Shown piece by piece: positions 9,449 through 17,733 of a stretch of DNA of 32,000 bases. The stretch comes from Candidatus Heimdallarchaeota archaeon. Its GTDB lineage: Archaea > Asgardarchaeota > Heimdallarchaeia > Heimdallarchaeales > Heimdallarchaeaceae. Under the pieces are notes generated by a model. It made no database searches. It had not been told where the DNA came from and saw nothing but the letters and a program-made list of their open reading frames with translations. Where the stretch lies: positions 29,171-61,170 of the forward strand of contig DAOVER010000017.1 of NCBI GenBank assembly GCA_030668875.1, read 5' to 3'. The translations under genes and the position numbers were made by a program. The first letter of the stretch is position 1. The number at the start of each line of letters is the position of its first letter.

Positions 9449-10339
9449 ATGAAAGAAGTGAATTTACCCCTATTTTTACATGTAACTGATCCCCTTGCAC
9501 TAATAGTAATTAATGATGTTTTAATAGTTCGACAAAGGTCAGCAGGCTCTGTTCTTTATCCTTTTCGAGCACTAGAATTATTGTTACAATTATATTCTAA
9601 TCCTGTTGGAAAAATGGTTATCCCCAAAAGATTGCATACTTATCTTGATGACAAAGAGCTTCACTCAATAGTTCGAAAATCTAATTGTCTTATAGGGATT
9701 GATGAAGAACTTGAACCTGATGTATTGTATCTGTGTTTTAATTTTGATATGTATATTACACAAGAACAAGACACTCCTATCTTTTTGAAGAATTTCTCTT
9801 ATAACAAAGAAAATCTGAATTATGAACTCAAACTCTCAGCTTCAGACATATTTCATATTCTTGCAAATATTTGTGTAGAACAACAATCGCACCGTATTTT
9901 TTCTCACTCTGATTTATTCGAAAAGCCAATTTTTAACAGTGATATGTTCATCTATTCTGACGATTCTGCAAACACAAGATTCTTTAGGTTTATTGGAGAA
10001 TATATCGATTTTATGCGAGAACAAATAATTTCTGGCACAATGAGTCTTTTTGATATTTTAAAGTTAGGCGGTATCCCTATTTTTGAAGTTTTATATGGAA
10101 TTACTGAGGTTTATGATTTTATTAATAATTCTGTTGGAAAACTCATGGAAAATTATGAAGAACTCTCTAGAACTGAAAAGATATTGTTTTACGCCTTAGC
10201 AAGATGTATGTGGACTCATTCCCAAACGGAATTTAGCAATGTTGAAAAATTATTTCTCTATAATAAAAAGGTGCTAAAGAAAATTTTATACGAACTCTGG
10301 CCTAAGTATCCTTCTTTATTATCTGATTGGTTAGAGTGA
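9449..10339 (+). CDS. Hypothetical protein (296 aa)
   Basis: Long uninterrupted ORF with an upstream AAAACAAGTTTTTATA promoter-like element. No motif recognised. Confidence 0.6.
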   Translation: MKEVNLPLFLHVTDPLALIVINDVLIVRQRSAGSVLYPFRALELLLQLYSNPVGKMVIPKRLHTYLDDKELHSIVRKSNCLIGIDEELEPDVLYLCFNFDMYITQEQDTPIFLKNFSYNKENLNYELKLSASDIFHILANICVEQQSHRIFSHSDLFEKPIFNSDMFIYSDDSANTRFFRFIGEYIDFMREQIISGTMSLFDILKLGGIPIFEVLYGITEVYDFINNSVGKLMENYEELSRTEKILFYALARCMWTHSQTEFSNVEKLFLYNKKVLKKILYELWPKYPSLLSDWLE

Positions 10340-10348
10340 TACCTAAAA

Positions 10349-11125
10349 TCATAATTCTATAACTCTTTTCGGTACTTGAGCACCTATTTTTGCTCTACCT
10401 AGATATGAACCTAATTCAGGAATTAACCCATCAGCTCTAGTCCCTCTTTTACAAACTAGCCTATATTCTAACAATCCTATTCTTTCAAATTCCTCTATAT
10501 CCTCCATATGTTTACTCTGGATAAGAGCTTGTTTAATTGATCTTCTTGTTGTTCCACATATAATTAGAGCTTCTTTGTTCGCCTTATATGGCTCTAAAAA
10601 CCACCTTAAAGAGTCATCTTCAATCTTTACCCATAGTTTTGATCCAAGCACTTTCTTATCAATAATTTCGAACTTTAGAGGTAAGTTTTCAACAATTCCA
10701 AAAGCTCTAATTGTGTTAACGAGAGATGATTTCTTCCCCCCAGCTAACTGATTTCTCATTTCAAATAAGGGGTATAGTGCATCAATTTTCTGTGTTGAGG
10801 TTACAATTCCAGCATCTACAAATAGACCAAACTTTACATTCCCTACATCTCTGAAACGTCCATAAATAATATCCCCAATCTGAAGCTCTGCAACGCTTCT
10901 CTCAGTTGATCCATATTTTTCTATTATGAATTTCTTTGCTATATTCTCGTCTTCCCCATCTATAGTTACTACTGCATATCGATCTTTTGTAAAAGTTACT
11001 TCCACTATTTTTACATCTAGATCTTTTAATTCCTCACTTAAGATATAATTTAGAGCTTTAGCTGAGCTATGTTTTGCTACGTTGTATGTTTTTTCTAAAA
11101 CTGTTATTTTCAACATATTTTTCAC
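10349..11125 (-). CDS. DUF2110 family protein
   Basis: ITVLEKTY N-terminus, GRFRDVGNVKFGLFVD, ERIGLLEYRLVCKRGTRADGLIPELG. Overlaps the trm56 stop (GTGA), a known archaeal neighbourhood. Confidence 0.8.
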   Translation of the reverse strand: MKNMLKITVLEKTYNVAKHSSAKALNYILSEELKDLDVKIVEVTFTKDRYAVVTIDGEDENIAKKFIIEKYGSTERSVAELQIGDIIYGRFRDVGNVKFGLFVDAGIVTSTQKIDALYPLFEMRNQLAGGKKSSLVNTIRAFGIVENLPLKFEIIDKKVLGSKLWVKIEDDSLRWFLEPYKANKEALIICGTTRRSIKQALIQSKHMEDIEEFERIGLLEYRLVCKRGTRADGLIPELGSYLGRAKIGAQVPKRVIEL

Positions 11126-11661
11126 TCTTTGTTCTTTTGTTTTGTACTTTTTCCCCTCTCCATTGGAATAATCTCAACATTTGCATTCGAGTGTTTCTCT
11201 TTTCTAGCCTTACCTGCTGTTAATCGATCTAAGAAAACAGCTAAGGCTGCTACTTCACTATGTGGTTGGTGACCAATAGCTATGTTGTAATCTGCTAATT
11301 GATATATGGCACTTGGAACTTTAGTTCCACCTACAATAACTAAGAGATTTTCGTTCAATTTTTGCTTCAGCTCAACTATTTTGTCTCCAAGTTCAATACC
11401 AAACATAGTTAGATGAACAATAATCCCGCCTTCTTGTTTCCACTTCTTTATGAAAGACAACTCATTTTCTCTATGATTGATGTGGAAATTACCCCCCCAG
11501 TCTTCTGTTATTCTACCAATACTTTCCTCAAGAGAACTATCATGACTACCTGTATAGAATAATTGCTTTGCTCCGAATGCCCGAGCAGTTAAAGCAATGT
11601 GGGTAGACATACGTTTGTCACGCATAAGTCTATGGAATAATCTGAGAACAACTAGAGGCAT
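11122..11661 (-). CDS. trm56: tRNA (cytidine(56)-2'-O)-methyltransferase (SPOUT)
   Basis: LRLFHRLMRDKRMSTHIALTARAFGA, VHLTMFG, VGGTKVP, QPHSEVAALAVFLDRL. Confidence 0.95.
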   Translation of the reverse strand: MPLVVLRLFHRLMRDKRMSTHIALTARAFGAKQLFYTGSHDSSLEESIGRITEDWGGNFHINHRENELSFIKKWKQEGGIIVHLTMFGIELGDKIVELKQKLNENLLVIVGGTKVPSAIYQLADYNIAIGHQPHSEVAALAVFLDRLTAGKARKEKHSNANVEIIPMERGKSTKQKNKE

Positions 11662-11803
11662 ATATTCTGTTCTAAAAAATGAACACTTAAGTTTGATGAT
11701 TTTGTTGTAAATCTCTTTTTGTCGATTTTATATCTTGACATAAATAAACTAACACTTTCTCCATTTTGCAGTATTTGGCTATCTAACGCTTGAGTATACC
11801 ATA

Positions 11804-11818
11804 TAAACGCTTTTATAT
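11804..11818 (+). promoter_or_regulatory. Putative BRE/TATA of pan
   Basis: TAAACGC-TTTTATAT about 35 nt upstream of GTG 11854. Confidence 0.45.
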
Positions 11819-11853
11819 TCTTAGAGATTAGAAAATATTGAGAAAAATAAAGG

Positions 11854-13056
11854 GTGCTGAAACTGGCAAAAGAGAGGTCCGAACCTGATCAAAATGACCC
11901 AGCTTACTTAATTTCTTATGCTAATCATCTTGAGAGACAAGCGCGTCAACTAGAGACTGAAAAGCAAATGGTGGAGAGTGAAAGGCTACGCCTTCAGAGA
12001 GAGGTCAACAATCTTAAAGTTGAACTTGAACGCTTGAGATCTCCCCCCCTATTTATGGGTTATATTGTTGAAGTTCTTGATAATAAGACAGCTGTTGTTC
12101 GAAGTACTACTGGTCCCAACTTAGTTGTTACTATATCACGCCATGTTGAAATCAAAGATTTGATACCTGATACAAGAGTTGCTCTTAATCAAAGAACATT
12201 TGCTATTGTAAATATCTTACCTACAACTCAAGATCCAATGGTTCAGAAGATGGAATTGCTTGAGCGACCAACTGAAACGTTTAAAGATATAGGCGGGCTC
12301 TCCTCACAAATTCAAGAATTGAAGGAAACAGTTGAACTACCTTTATTGAAACCTGAGTTATTTGAAAAGATAGGGATTGATCCACCTAAGGGTGTACTTT
12401 TGCAAGGTCTACCAGGAACAGGTAAAACATTACTTGCCAAAGCGGTAGCTAATGAAACCCAAGCAGTTTTTATTAGATTAATAGGAAGCGAGCTAGTTCA
12501 GAAGTTTATCGGAGAAGGAGCCAGACTTGTAAGAGAAATTTTTGAGTTTGCTCGAGAAAACGCACCTAGTATTCTTTTTATTGATGAACTAGATGCAATT
12601 GGAAGTCGTAGATTAGATTTAGCTACAAGTGGTGACAGAGAAGTACAAAGAACTTTGATGCAATTGCTCTCTGAATTAGATGGATTTAATCCAAGAGGAG
12701 ATGTGAAGGTAATCGCAGCTACTAACAGAATAGATATTTTGGATCCCGCAATGCTTCGACCAGGAAGGTTCGATAGAATAATTGAAATTCCCATCCCAAA
12801 CGCTGAAAGTCGACTTGCCATCTTCAAAATACACGTTGCTGAAATGAATCTAAAGGGCGATGTTGATTTTGATTACTTAATCCAAATGACTGAAGGTGTA
12901 AGTGGTGCTGCAATTAAAAATATCTGTACAGAAGCAGGTATGTTTGCAATTCGCTCAGAAAGAGATCACGTAATTAATGATGATTTCACAGATTCTATTA
13001 AGAAAATAACTGGAGAAAAGGAATCAACAGCAAAACAAACTACCGGTTTTATTTAG
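11854..13056 (+). CDS. pan: Proteasome-activating nucleotidase (AAA+)
   Basis: N-terminal coiled coil, OB domain, Walker [17 protein letters not shown] pore loop, Walker [16 protein letters not shown]-terminal HbYX-like GFI. Confidence 0.96.
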   Translation: MLKLAKERSEPDQNDPAYLISYANHLERQARQLETEKQMVESERLRLQREVNNLKVELERLRSPPLFMGYIVEVLDNKTAVVRSTTGPNLVVTISRHVEIKDLIPDTRVALNQRTFAIVNILPTTQDPMVQKMELLERPTETFKDIGGLSSQIQELKETVELPLLKPELFEKIGIDPPKGVLLQGLPGTGKTLLAKAVANETQAVFIRLIGSELVQKFIGEGARLVREIFEFARENAPSILFIDELDAIGSRRLDLATSGDREVQRTLMQLLSELDGFNPRGDVKVIAATNRIDILDPAMLRPGRFDRIIEIPIPNAESRLAIFKIHVAEMNLKGDVDFDYLIQMTEGVSGAAIKNICTEAGMFAIRSERDHVINDDFTDSIKKITGEKESTAKQTTGFI

Positions 13057-13076
13057 TTCTCATTTTCTTCCTCTTT

Positions 13077-13604
13077 TCAGATGTTTTTCATTATTATTTT
13101 TTCAATAAATTCTTTTTGTCTGAAGAACCCCCTCACAACATGGGAATCTTCTCCAAATTTACTAATGAAATTATTCAATACTTCATCAAAGGAACACTCT
13201 CTGCTACCACAAGCTAGATTATCAGAATAAGAAACAATTATTTCTTCAGTAGTTTTTGGGATGTAGTCATCAAGAGGTAATCCTAATTTTGTTGCCTCAG
13301 TTTCAGTTATTCCCGTTCCTATGTGTTTTTTAACAATTAATATAAGTAGTTGGTCTAGATTCTCGCCTTCTAATATTTTTACGCCTTCAATGGCATGAAA
13401 AATAGAGTGCTCCTTTGAACGTCCGATATCATGTAGCATCGAAGCTGCAATCACCAGCTTTGTGTTTACATTGTCAATTTGCGCGCAAAATCTTTCTGCT
13501 ATTTTTGTAACAGTAAGACAATGATCGATTACCTGAGCTGGCGTATTATATTTTCTAAGAATTGCTAAGCACTTTTCTTTAGTAGGTATTTTATGTGCTT
13601 TCAT
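13077..13604 (-). CDS. HD-domain phosphohydrolase (archaeal HDIG/TIGR00295-like)
   Basis: HCLTV, MLHDIGR, HAIEG, HIGTGIT, SYSDNL. Confidence 0.88.
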   Translation of the reverse strand: MKAHKIPTKEKCLAILRKYNTPAQVIDHCLTVTKIAERFCAQIDNVNTKLVIAASMLHDIGRSKEHSIFHAIEGVKILEGENLDQLLILIVKKHIGTGITETEATKLGLPLDDYIPKTTEEIIVSYSDNLACGSRECSFDEVLNNFISKFGEDSHVVRGFFRQKEFIEKIIMKNI

Positions 13605-13670
13605 AATTCAATACTTATTTGGATCCCACTTTTTTATCTTTTACCTAAGAATTGTCAAAAAACACTGAAA

Positions 13671-13685
13671 CAAAAGTTTTTTAAG
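13671..13685 (+). promoter_or_regulatory. Putative BRE/TATA of eL38
   Basis: CAAAAGTTTTTTAAG ending about 29 nt upstream of ATG 13715. Confidence 0.45.
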
Positions 13686-13714
13686 AAAAATTTAGAGAGA
13701 CATCTCGACGGAAA

Positions 13715-13927
13715 ATGCCAAGTGAAATTACTAAAGAGAAACTTGAAGAGATTGTTCAATTAACTATTGACCAAGGTGGAGAACTCCGAACAAAGAGAAG
13801 TAAGGATAAAATTAAGCTCAAATTTAGAACAAAGAAACGACTTTACACAATAAAATTACCCCTTAAAGAAGCTGAAGCTTTAATTAGCGAATTATCTTCC
13901 AAGCTTACTGTTGTGTCGTTTTCATAA
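13715..13927 (+). CDS. rpl38e: Ribosomal protein eL38 (L38e)
   Basis: MPSEI...KRSKDKIKLKFRTKKRLYTIKL...EAEALISEL aligns by eye with eukaryotic eL38 (MPRKI...[22 protein letters not shown]...KAEKLKQSL). Length 70 aa. Confidence 0.82.
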   Translation: MPSEITKEKLEEIVQLTIDQGGELRTKRSKDKIKLKFRTKKRLYTIKLPLKEAEALISELSSKLTVVSFS

Positions 13928-13944
13928 AAAAGGACTAAGGAAAC

Positions 13945-14472
13945 TTATTCCTCATCTTTCTTCTTCTTAAGCACTACAACATCTCCCAGAGTTCGAAATG
14001 CTGATCCTTTCTTCTGATCCTTTGGACTATAGGTTGTAACAGTTTCTGTAATTTTAATATTGAAGAATTTCTCTAATTTTGCAATTATCGCGTCGGGGGG
14101 CCTCATTTTTCCTGTTTCAATACTTTGCAATTCTTGAACAGAAATTTTAGTTTGAATGGACACATCTTTCTGTGTCATTCTCTTCTTCTGTCTGGCTAAT
14201 CTTATGCGTTCATGATAATCTGAAGCGAGTTCCTTGGAATCATCTTCTGAACGACCTCTATATGGTTTTGAAGTTGGCCGTCTGGTTGAGGTTCTACTTT
14301 GCAAAGATGGGGTTGTTCTTGTTCCACTGAAACCGGTTTTCTTTGGTTTGGGTTTTGTGACTTGTTTCCCGTGCTTAGCACAAGAAGGGCAAACCGATAG
14401 AACGGCACCCTCTATTTCAATAGTTATGGGTCTTGAATAAATCTCTCTACCGCACATTTCACATGTTGCCAA
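13945..14472 (-). CDS. mbf1: Archaeal multiprotein bridging factor 1 (Zn ribbon + HTH)
   Basis: CEMCG...IEIEGAVLSVCPSCAKHG zinc ribbon and YHERIRLARQKKRMTQKDV HTH domain. TTG start. Confidence 0.93.
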   Translation of the reverse strand: MATCEMCGREIYSRPITIEIEGAVLSVCPSCAKHGKQVTKPKPKKTGFSGTRTTPSLQSRTSTRRPTSKPYRGRSEDDSKELASDYHERIRLARQKKRMTQKDVSIQTKISVQELQSIETGKMRPPDAIIAKLEKFFNIKITETVTTYSPKDQKKGSAFRTLGDVVVLKKKKDEE

Positions 14473-14604
14473 ATATGTTCACCACTTTATTCGGTTTTTG
14501 TTTTATAAAACAAGTTAAATTCAAAAACATTTTTCTATTAGCGTAAAAAGAAAACAATATTAACTTCAAGTATTGTCTTAACAATAACATAAAGGTGAAC
14601 TATC

Positions 14605-14949
14605 GTGGACTTCTGCCCAAGTTGTGGTAAACTATTACATACTGAGAAGGATAAAAAAGGTAAAACAATCTTTATATGCTTAAAATGTGGTTTCAAGCGC
14701 GATTTAGAAACAAATGAACAAGTGGCATTTACTGAAAAAATAGAACATAATCTTATAAGAGAATTGACTACTGTCATGGATGAAAACGATATTGATACTA
14801 CTAAACCCACAAAAGAGATGTATTGTCCTAAATGCAAAACAAAACAGAAGGTGAGTTTTTGGATGGTACAAACAAGAAGTGCTGATGAATCTCCTACAAG
14901 ATTTTTCAGGTGCACTGCCTGTGGAGAAACTTGGCGAGAATACGATTGA
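14605..14949 (+). CDS. tfs: Transcription factor S (TFS/RpoM-like cleavage factor)
   Basis: FCPSCG and CLKCG N-terminal ribbon; CPKC...QTRSADE...RCTACG C-terminal ribbon with the intact acidic DE tip. AGGTGA RBS before the GTG. Confidence 0.95.
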   Translation: MDFCPSCGKLLHTEKDKKGKTIFICLKCGFKRDLETNEQVAFTEKIEHNLIRELTTVMDENDIDTTKPTKEMYCPKCKTKQKVSFWMVQTRSADESPTRFFRCTACGETWREYD

Positions 14950-14963
14950 CGGAAGTTGTAAAA

Positions 14964-15326
14964 ATGAGTAACAATGATTCTAGTTTTCAAGACTTTTCAT
15001 CTGAAAGAAAATATTTACGGAATAAGCCATATTGTGAGATTAATCTTTCTGAATTGTCTAAACCTGGCAAATATAGAATTGTAGGTACAGTTACTAGCGT
15101 AACAGGTGATACTTTCACTATCAATGATGGCTCTGATCAGATAGAGGCCATTCTTACTACTCCACAAAATTTGGAAGTTAAGGAAGGAATTCTGTTGCGT
15201 TTATTTGGTTTCGTAGAATTTGAACCGAAAAAACAAATAAAAGTGTCCATTGCCCAATCCCTTAGTGATGTAGACATAGATATTTACAACCAAATAAAAG
15301 AATTAGAACAATCACTAATTAAGTAG
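14964..15326 (+). CDS. Single OB-fold protein, RPA14/RPA3-like small replication protein A subunit
   Basis: YRIVGTVTSV..FTINDGSDQI..LLRLFGFVE..AQSLSDVDIDIY pattern of the small RPA subunit (OB fold plus C-terminal helix). ATG 14964 is preferred over the track start 14910, which overlaps tfs. Confidence 0.65.
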   Translation: MSNNDSSFQDFSSERKYLRNKPYCEINLSELSKPGKYRIVGTVTSVTGDTFTINDGSDQIEAILTTPQNLEVKEGILLRLFGFVEFEPKKQIKVSIAQSLSDVDIDIYNQIKELEQSLIK

Positions 15327-15446
15327 GATTCAGAAACCTCAATGGGCGATTGTTTTATATATTAAAATAATAAAGGACTAAAAGAAGATATTTCGTGATT
15401 ATAACCTCGAAATAACTTATTATTAAAACATAAATGGGGTAGAATA

Positions 15447-16232
15447 ATGACCTTTGAAATGGTATTAGAAGACGCAAAATTAATGGCAAATATCTGTTCT
15501 ATCATAAGTTCAATAGTTGCAGAAAGTAGTGTTAATATCGCAGAAGATGGTATTCGAATAAAAGCTTTTGACGCAACTCGCATTTCGATGATTGATTTTT
15601 TCCTAAAAAAGGAAGCCTTCAAAAAATATGATCTCAAAGAAAATGCAATCTTGGGCCTGAGTTTAGAAACTCTCAATACGATATTAAAAACTGCTAGAAC
15701 CAACGAAAATCTGCGAATGGCTCTTGATGATAAAACTAAAAGATTCGTTGCTGAGTTTATAGGTAAAAATCAACAAAGAAAATTTGCATTATCTTTAATT
15801 GATATCCCTGAAGAAGGAAACATTCCTGATTCAATTCATATTGACTTTGACACAAACTTCGAGGTAAAAGCCTCCTTTATTCAACAGGTTCTCAAAGATG
15901 CTGAGATGGTTAGTGATTATCTGCGAATCAAGGCAAAAGAAGATGGTATTTACTTTGGAGCAGAAAGTGATACAAAAGAAATGGATACATTCATAGAGCC
16001 TAAAAGCGAAGAAATGGACACAACAACTTTTCAAGTTGTAGATGAATCAGAAGCTGTTTATTCATTAGACTTTCTGTCAAACTTCTTAAAAGGAATACGA
16101 TCTTCAGATTATGTTAGATTATCCTTCAATCAAGAACAACCCATAAGAATTGTTTATGAGTTAGAAGATAAAGGCCACTTAATTTACTTTGTAGCACCAA
16201 GAATCGAAGAAAGCGAAGAGATAGAAGACTAA
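15447..16232 (+). CDS. pcn: PCNA sliding clamp
   Basis: DGIRIKAFDATRISMIDFFL, AVYSLDFL, EQPIRIVYEL...LIYFVAPRIEE. Confidence 0.93.
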   Translation: MTFEMVLEDAKLMANICSIISSIVAESSVNIAEDGIRIKAFDATRISMIDFFLKKEAFKKYDLKENAILGLSLETLNTILKTARTNENLRMALDDKTKRFVAEFIGKNQQRKFALSLIDIPEEGNIPDSIHIDFDTNFEVKASFIQQVLKDAEMVSDYLRIKAKEDGIYFGAESDTKEMDTFIEPKSEEMDTTTFQVVDESEAVYSLDFLSNFLKGIRSSDYVRLSFNQEQPIRIVYELEDKGHLIYFVAPRIEESEEIED

Positions 16233-16295
16233 GATTAGACTTAAAATGAGGGAGAATAGAGCCTTTTTCATTCTTAATAGCGGTGGTGTAATAAA

Positions 16296-16868
16296 GTGTT
16301 TGAAAAAATTCAAGATAAATGGAAAGACGAGCGCGGAAGTGAAAAACTAACTCCCATAGATGTGATATTTTACAGTGCTATGAGAGAACTTCTGAAGAAA
16401 CGTACAATAAAAATAGAAAAGGAAATCAACCCTCATATTAGAAAGATTCAGGAAACCAGATTGGATAGAATCAAATATGTAATTAATGACTTGATGAGAA
16501 TACGAACAGCAAAGTTAATTGAAATGGTAATGAATAGAGAAAAAGTATCTGTTAACTTAGCAAGAGAAGAGCAGGATTTTTACGATAGATTTTCGCAAAT
16601 TTATGAATTATATAGGAAAGAGGTATTTTCACCAAAAGATGTAGCATATGTTGATATTAACAAATTAATTGGGAAAGAAATTGAGGAAGAAGGGGAAGAA
16701 GAAATAGATTATGTCGCTATTAGATTTATAAAGAAAACAAAAGCCCAAATCCAAGGTTTGGATGGAAAAACCTATGGGCCATTTGAACCAGAAGATGTTT
16801 GTTTAATACCCAAAGAAAACGCTATTGGCTTAGTTAGAAAAGAGATTGCTGAAAATATAGAGATATAA
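16296..16868 (+). CDS. GINS subunit, Gins15/Gins51 (Psf1/Sld5-like, A-B domain order)
   Basis: Helical A domain (W..E...EKL, RIRTAKL, LAREEQDFY) plus B domain VAIRFIKK..GLDGKTYGPFEPEDVCLIPKENA. Follows PCNA. Confidence 0.85.
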   Translation: MFEKIQDKWKDERGSEKLTPIDVIFYSAMRELLKKRTIKIEKEINPHIRKIQETRLDRIKYVINDLMRIRTAKLIEMVMNREKVSVNLAREEQDFYDRFSQIYELYRKEVFSPKDVAYVDINKLIGKEIEEEGEEEIDYVAIRFIKKTKAQIQGLDGKTYGPFEPEDVCLIPKENAIGLVRKEIAENIEI

Positions 16869-16875
16869 AACAATA

Positions 16876-17061
16876 TCAAGAAAGTACTTCTAAGACTTCA
16901 CCAAGAATTTTAGCCTTTCCACCTTTTGGTTCAGTTAAATCTGAACCGCAAACATTGCATTTTACAACTATTTTTGCTGAATCAAATACAACTTGTTCAT
17001 TATTGCAACTTTCACACTTAACTTTAAGGAACTTAGTGGTAGGTTGAGGTACTTTAGACAT
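16876..17061 (-). CDS. rps27e: Ribosomal protein eS27 (S27e)
   Basis: 61 aa MSKVPQPTTKFLKVKCESCNNEQVVFDSAKIVVKCNVCGSDLTEPKGGKAKI. True start is ATG 17061; the track's 105-aa version runs into the tRNA. Confidence 0.95.
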   Translation of the reverse strand: MSKVPQPTTKFLKVKCESCNNEQVVFDSAKIVVKCNVCGSDLTEPKGGKAKILGEVLEVLS

Positions 17062-17139
17062 GATTGAAGCAAACAGAGTGAATTTAAATATTTTTTGATA
17101 AAAGGGTAAAAAAAAGTAACATGAAAAATAAAAGGAAAA

Positions 17140-17264
17140 TGGTGCGGGGAGAGAGATTCGAACTCCCGTACCACTAAGGATCCGGTTCCTCATCTAGCCC
17201 TTGAGTCAAGGATTTTTAATCCACATCTTGAGCCGGACGCCGTTGGCCGCTTGGCTATCCCCGC
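17140..17264 (-). tRNA. tRNA-Leu(CAA) with a 40-nt canonical 37/38 intron (17187-17226), CCA encoded
   Basis: Acceptor stem GCGGGGA/TCCCCGC, anticodon stem TCCGG/CCGGA, CT-CAA-G then intron, long variable arm, T arm GGGAG-TTCGAAT-CTCTC. BHB central helix CTCA/TGAG with 3-nt bulges. Confidence 0.92.
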
Positions 17265-17306
17265 CTAGTTTTACATTTTTCAATTGAGAAGTTTTTCCGT
17301 ACTTAT

Positions 17307-17576
17307 TTAATCTTTTCTTTTTTTAGCTCTTTTCCGAAAAATTGCGACGGATAAGATAAGAATGGAAAAGACTGAGAACTTGTAATCAAATGGAACTGTT
17401 TCTGTTTCTAAATCACATCTTACAAGAGTTGATTTTAGTTTTGTATTTCCCCAAACATCGTAAACAGACAGAGAAACATTGTATTCACAACTAGGCTCAA
17501 CAGATAATGTATATGTGAAGCTCCACGAATTTGACACAGTAGCCTCATGATGACAAGCGAGTAGAATGGTGAACCC
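17307..17576 (-). pseudogene. C-terminal fragment of a membrane-anchored surface protein
   Basis: YNVSLSVYDVWGNT (Ig/PKD-like final strands), then TETVPF, a hydrophobic helix and RKRAKKRKD. No signal peptide; the frame is closed by TAA shortly upstream of GTG 17537. Confidence 0.4.
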
Positions 17577-17733
17577 TTAAGGAATCTTCCTATAGAATAC
17601 AAATTTGAGGAAGAAGACATACTCATTTAGGGCCTAAGAGACAATCTGATAACGTGCAAGAGTACCTAATCTAAAATTCTTCTCAAATTTTTCTTTTTCT
17701 TCTTTCTCTTTTTCTACTTTTCTCCTATACAGT

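Noticed and set aside
9241-10339. Integrated element at tRNA-Val
   Set aside because: No integrase and no duplicated tRNA 3' end (att site) found in the window.
14538-15703. Minus-strand ORFs of 150 aa and 113 aa
   Set aside because: Antisense to tfs and pcn, which have unambiguous family motifs.
17062-17193. N-terminal extension of eS27 and ORF 16968-17174
   Set aside because: The extension reads through the tRNA-Leu gene; eS27 homology starts at ATG 17061.
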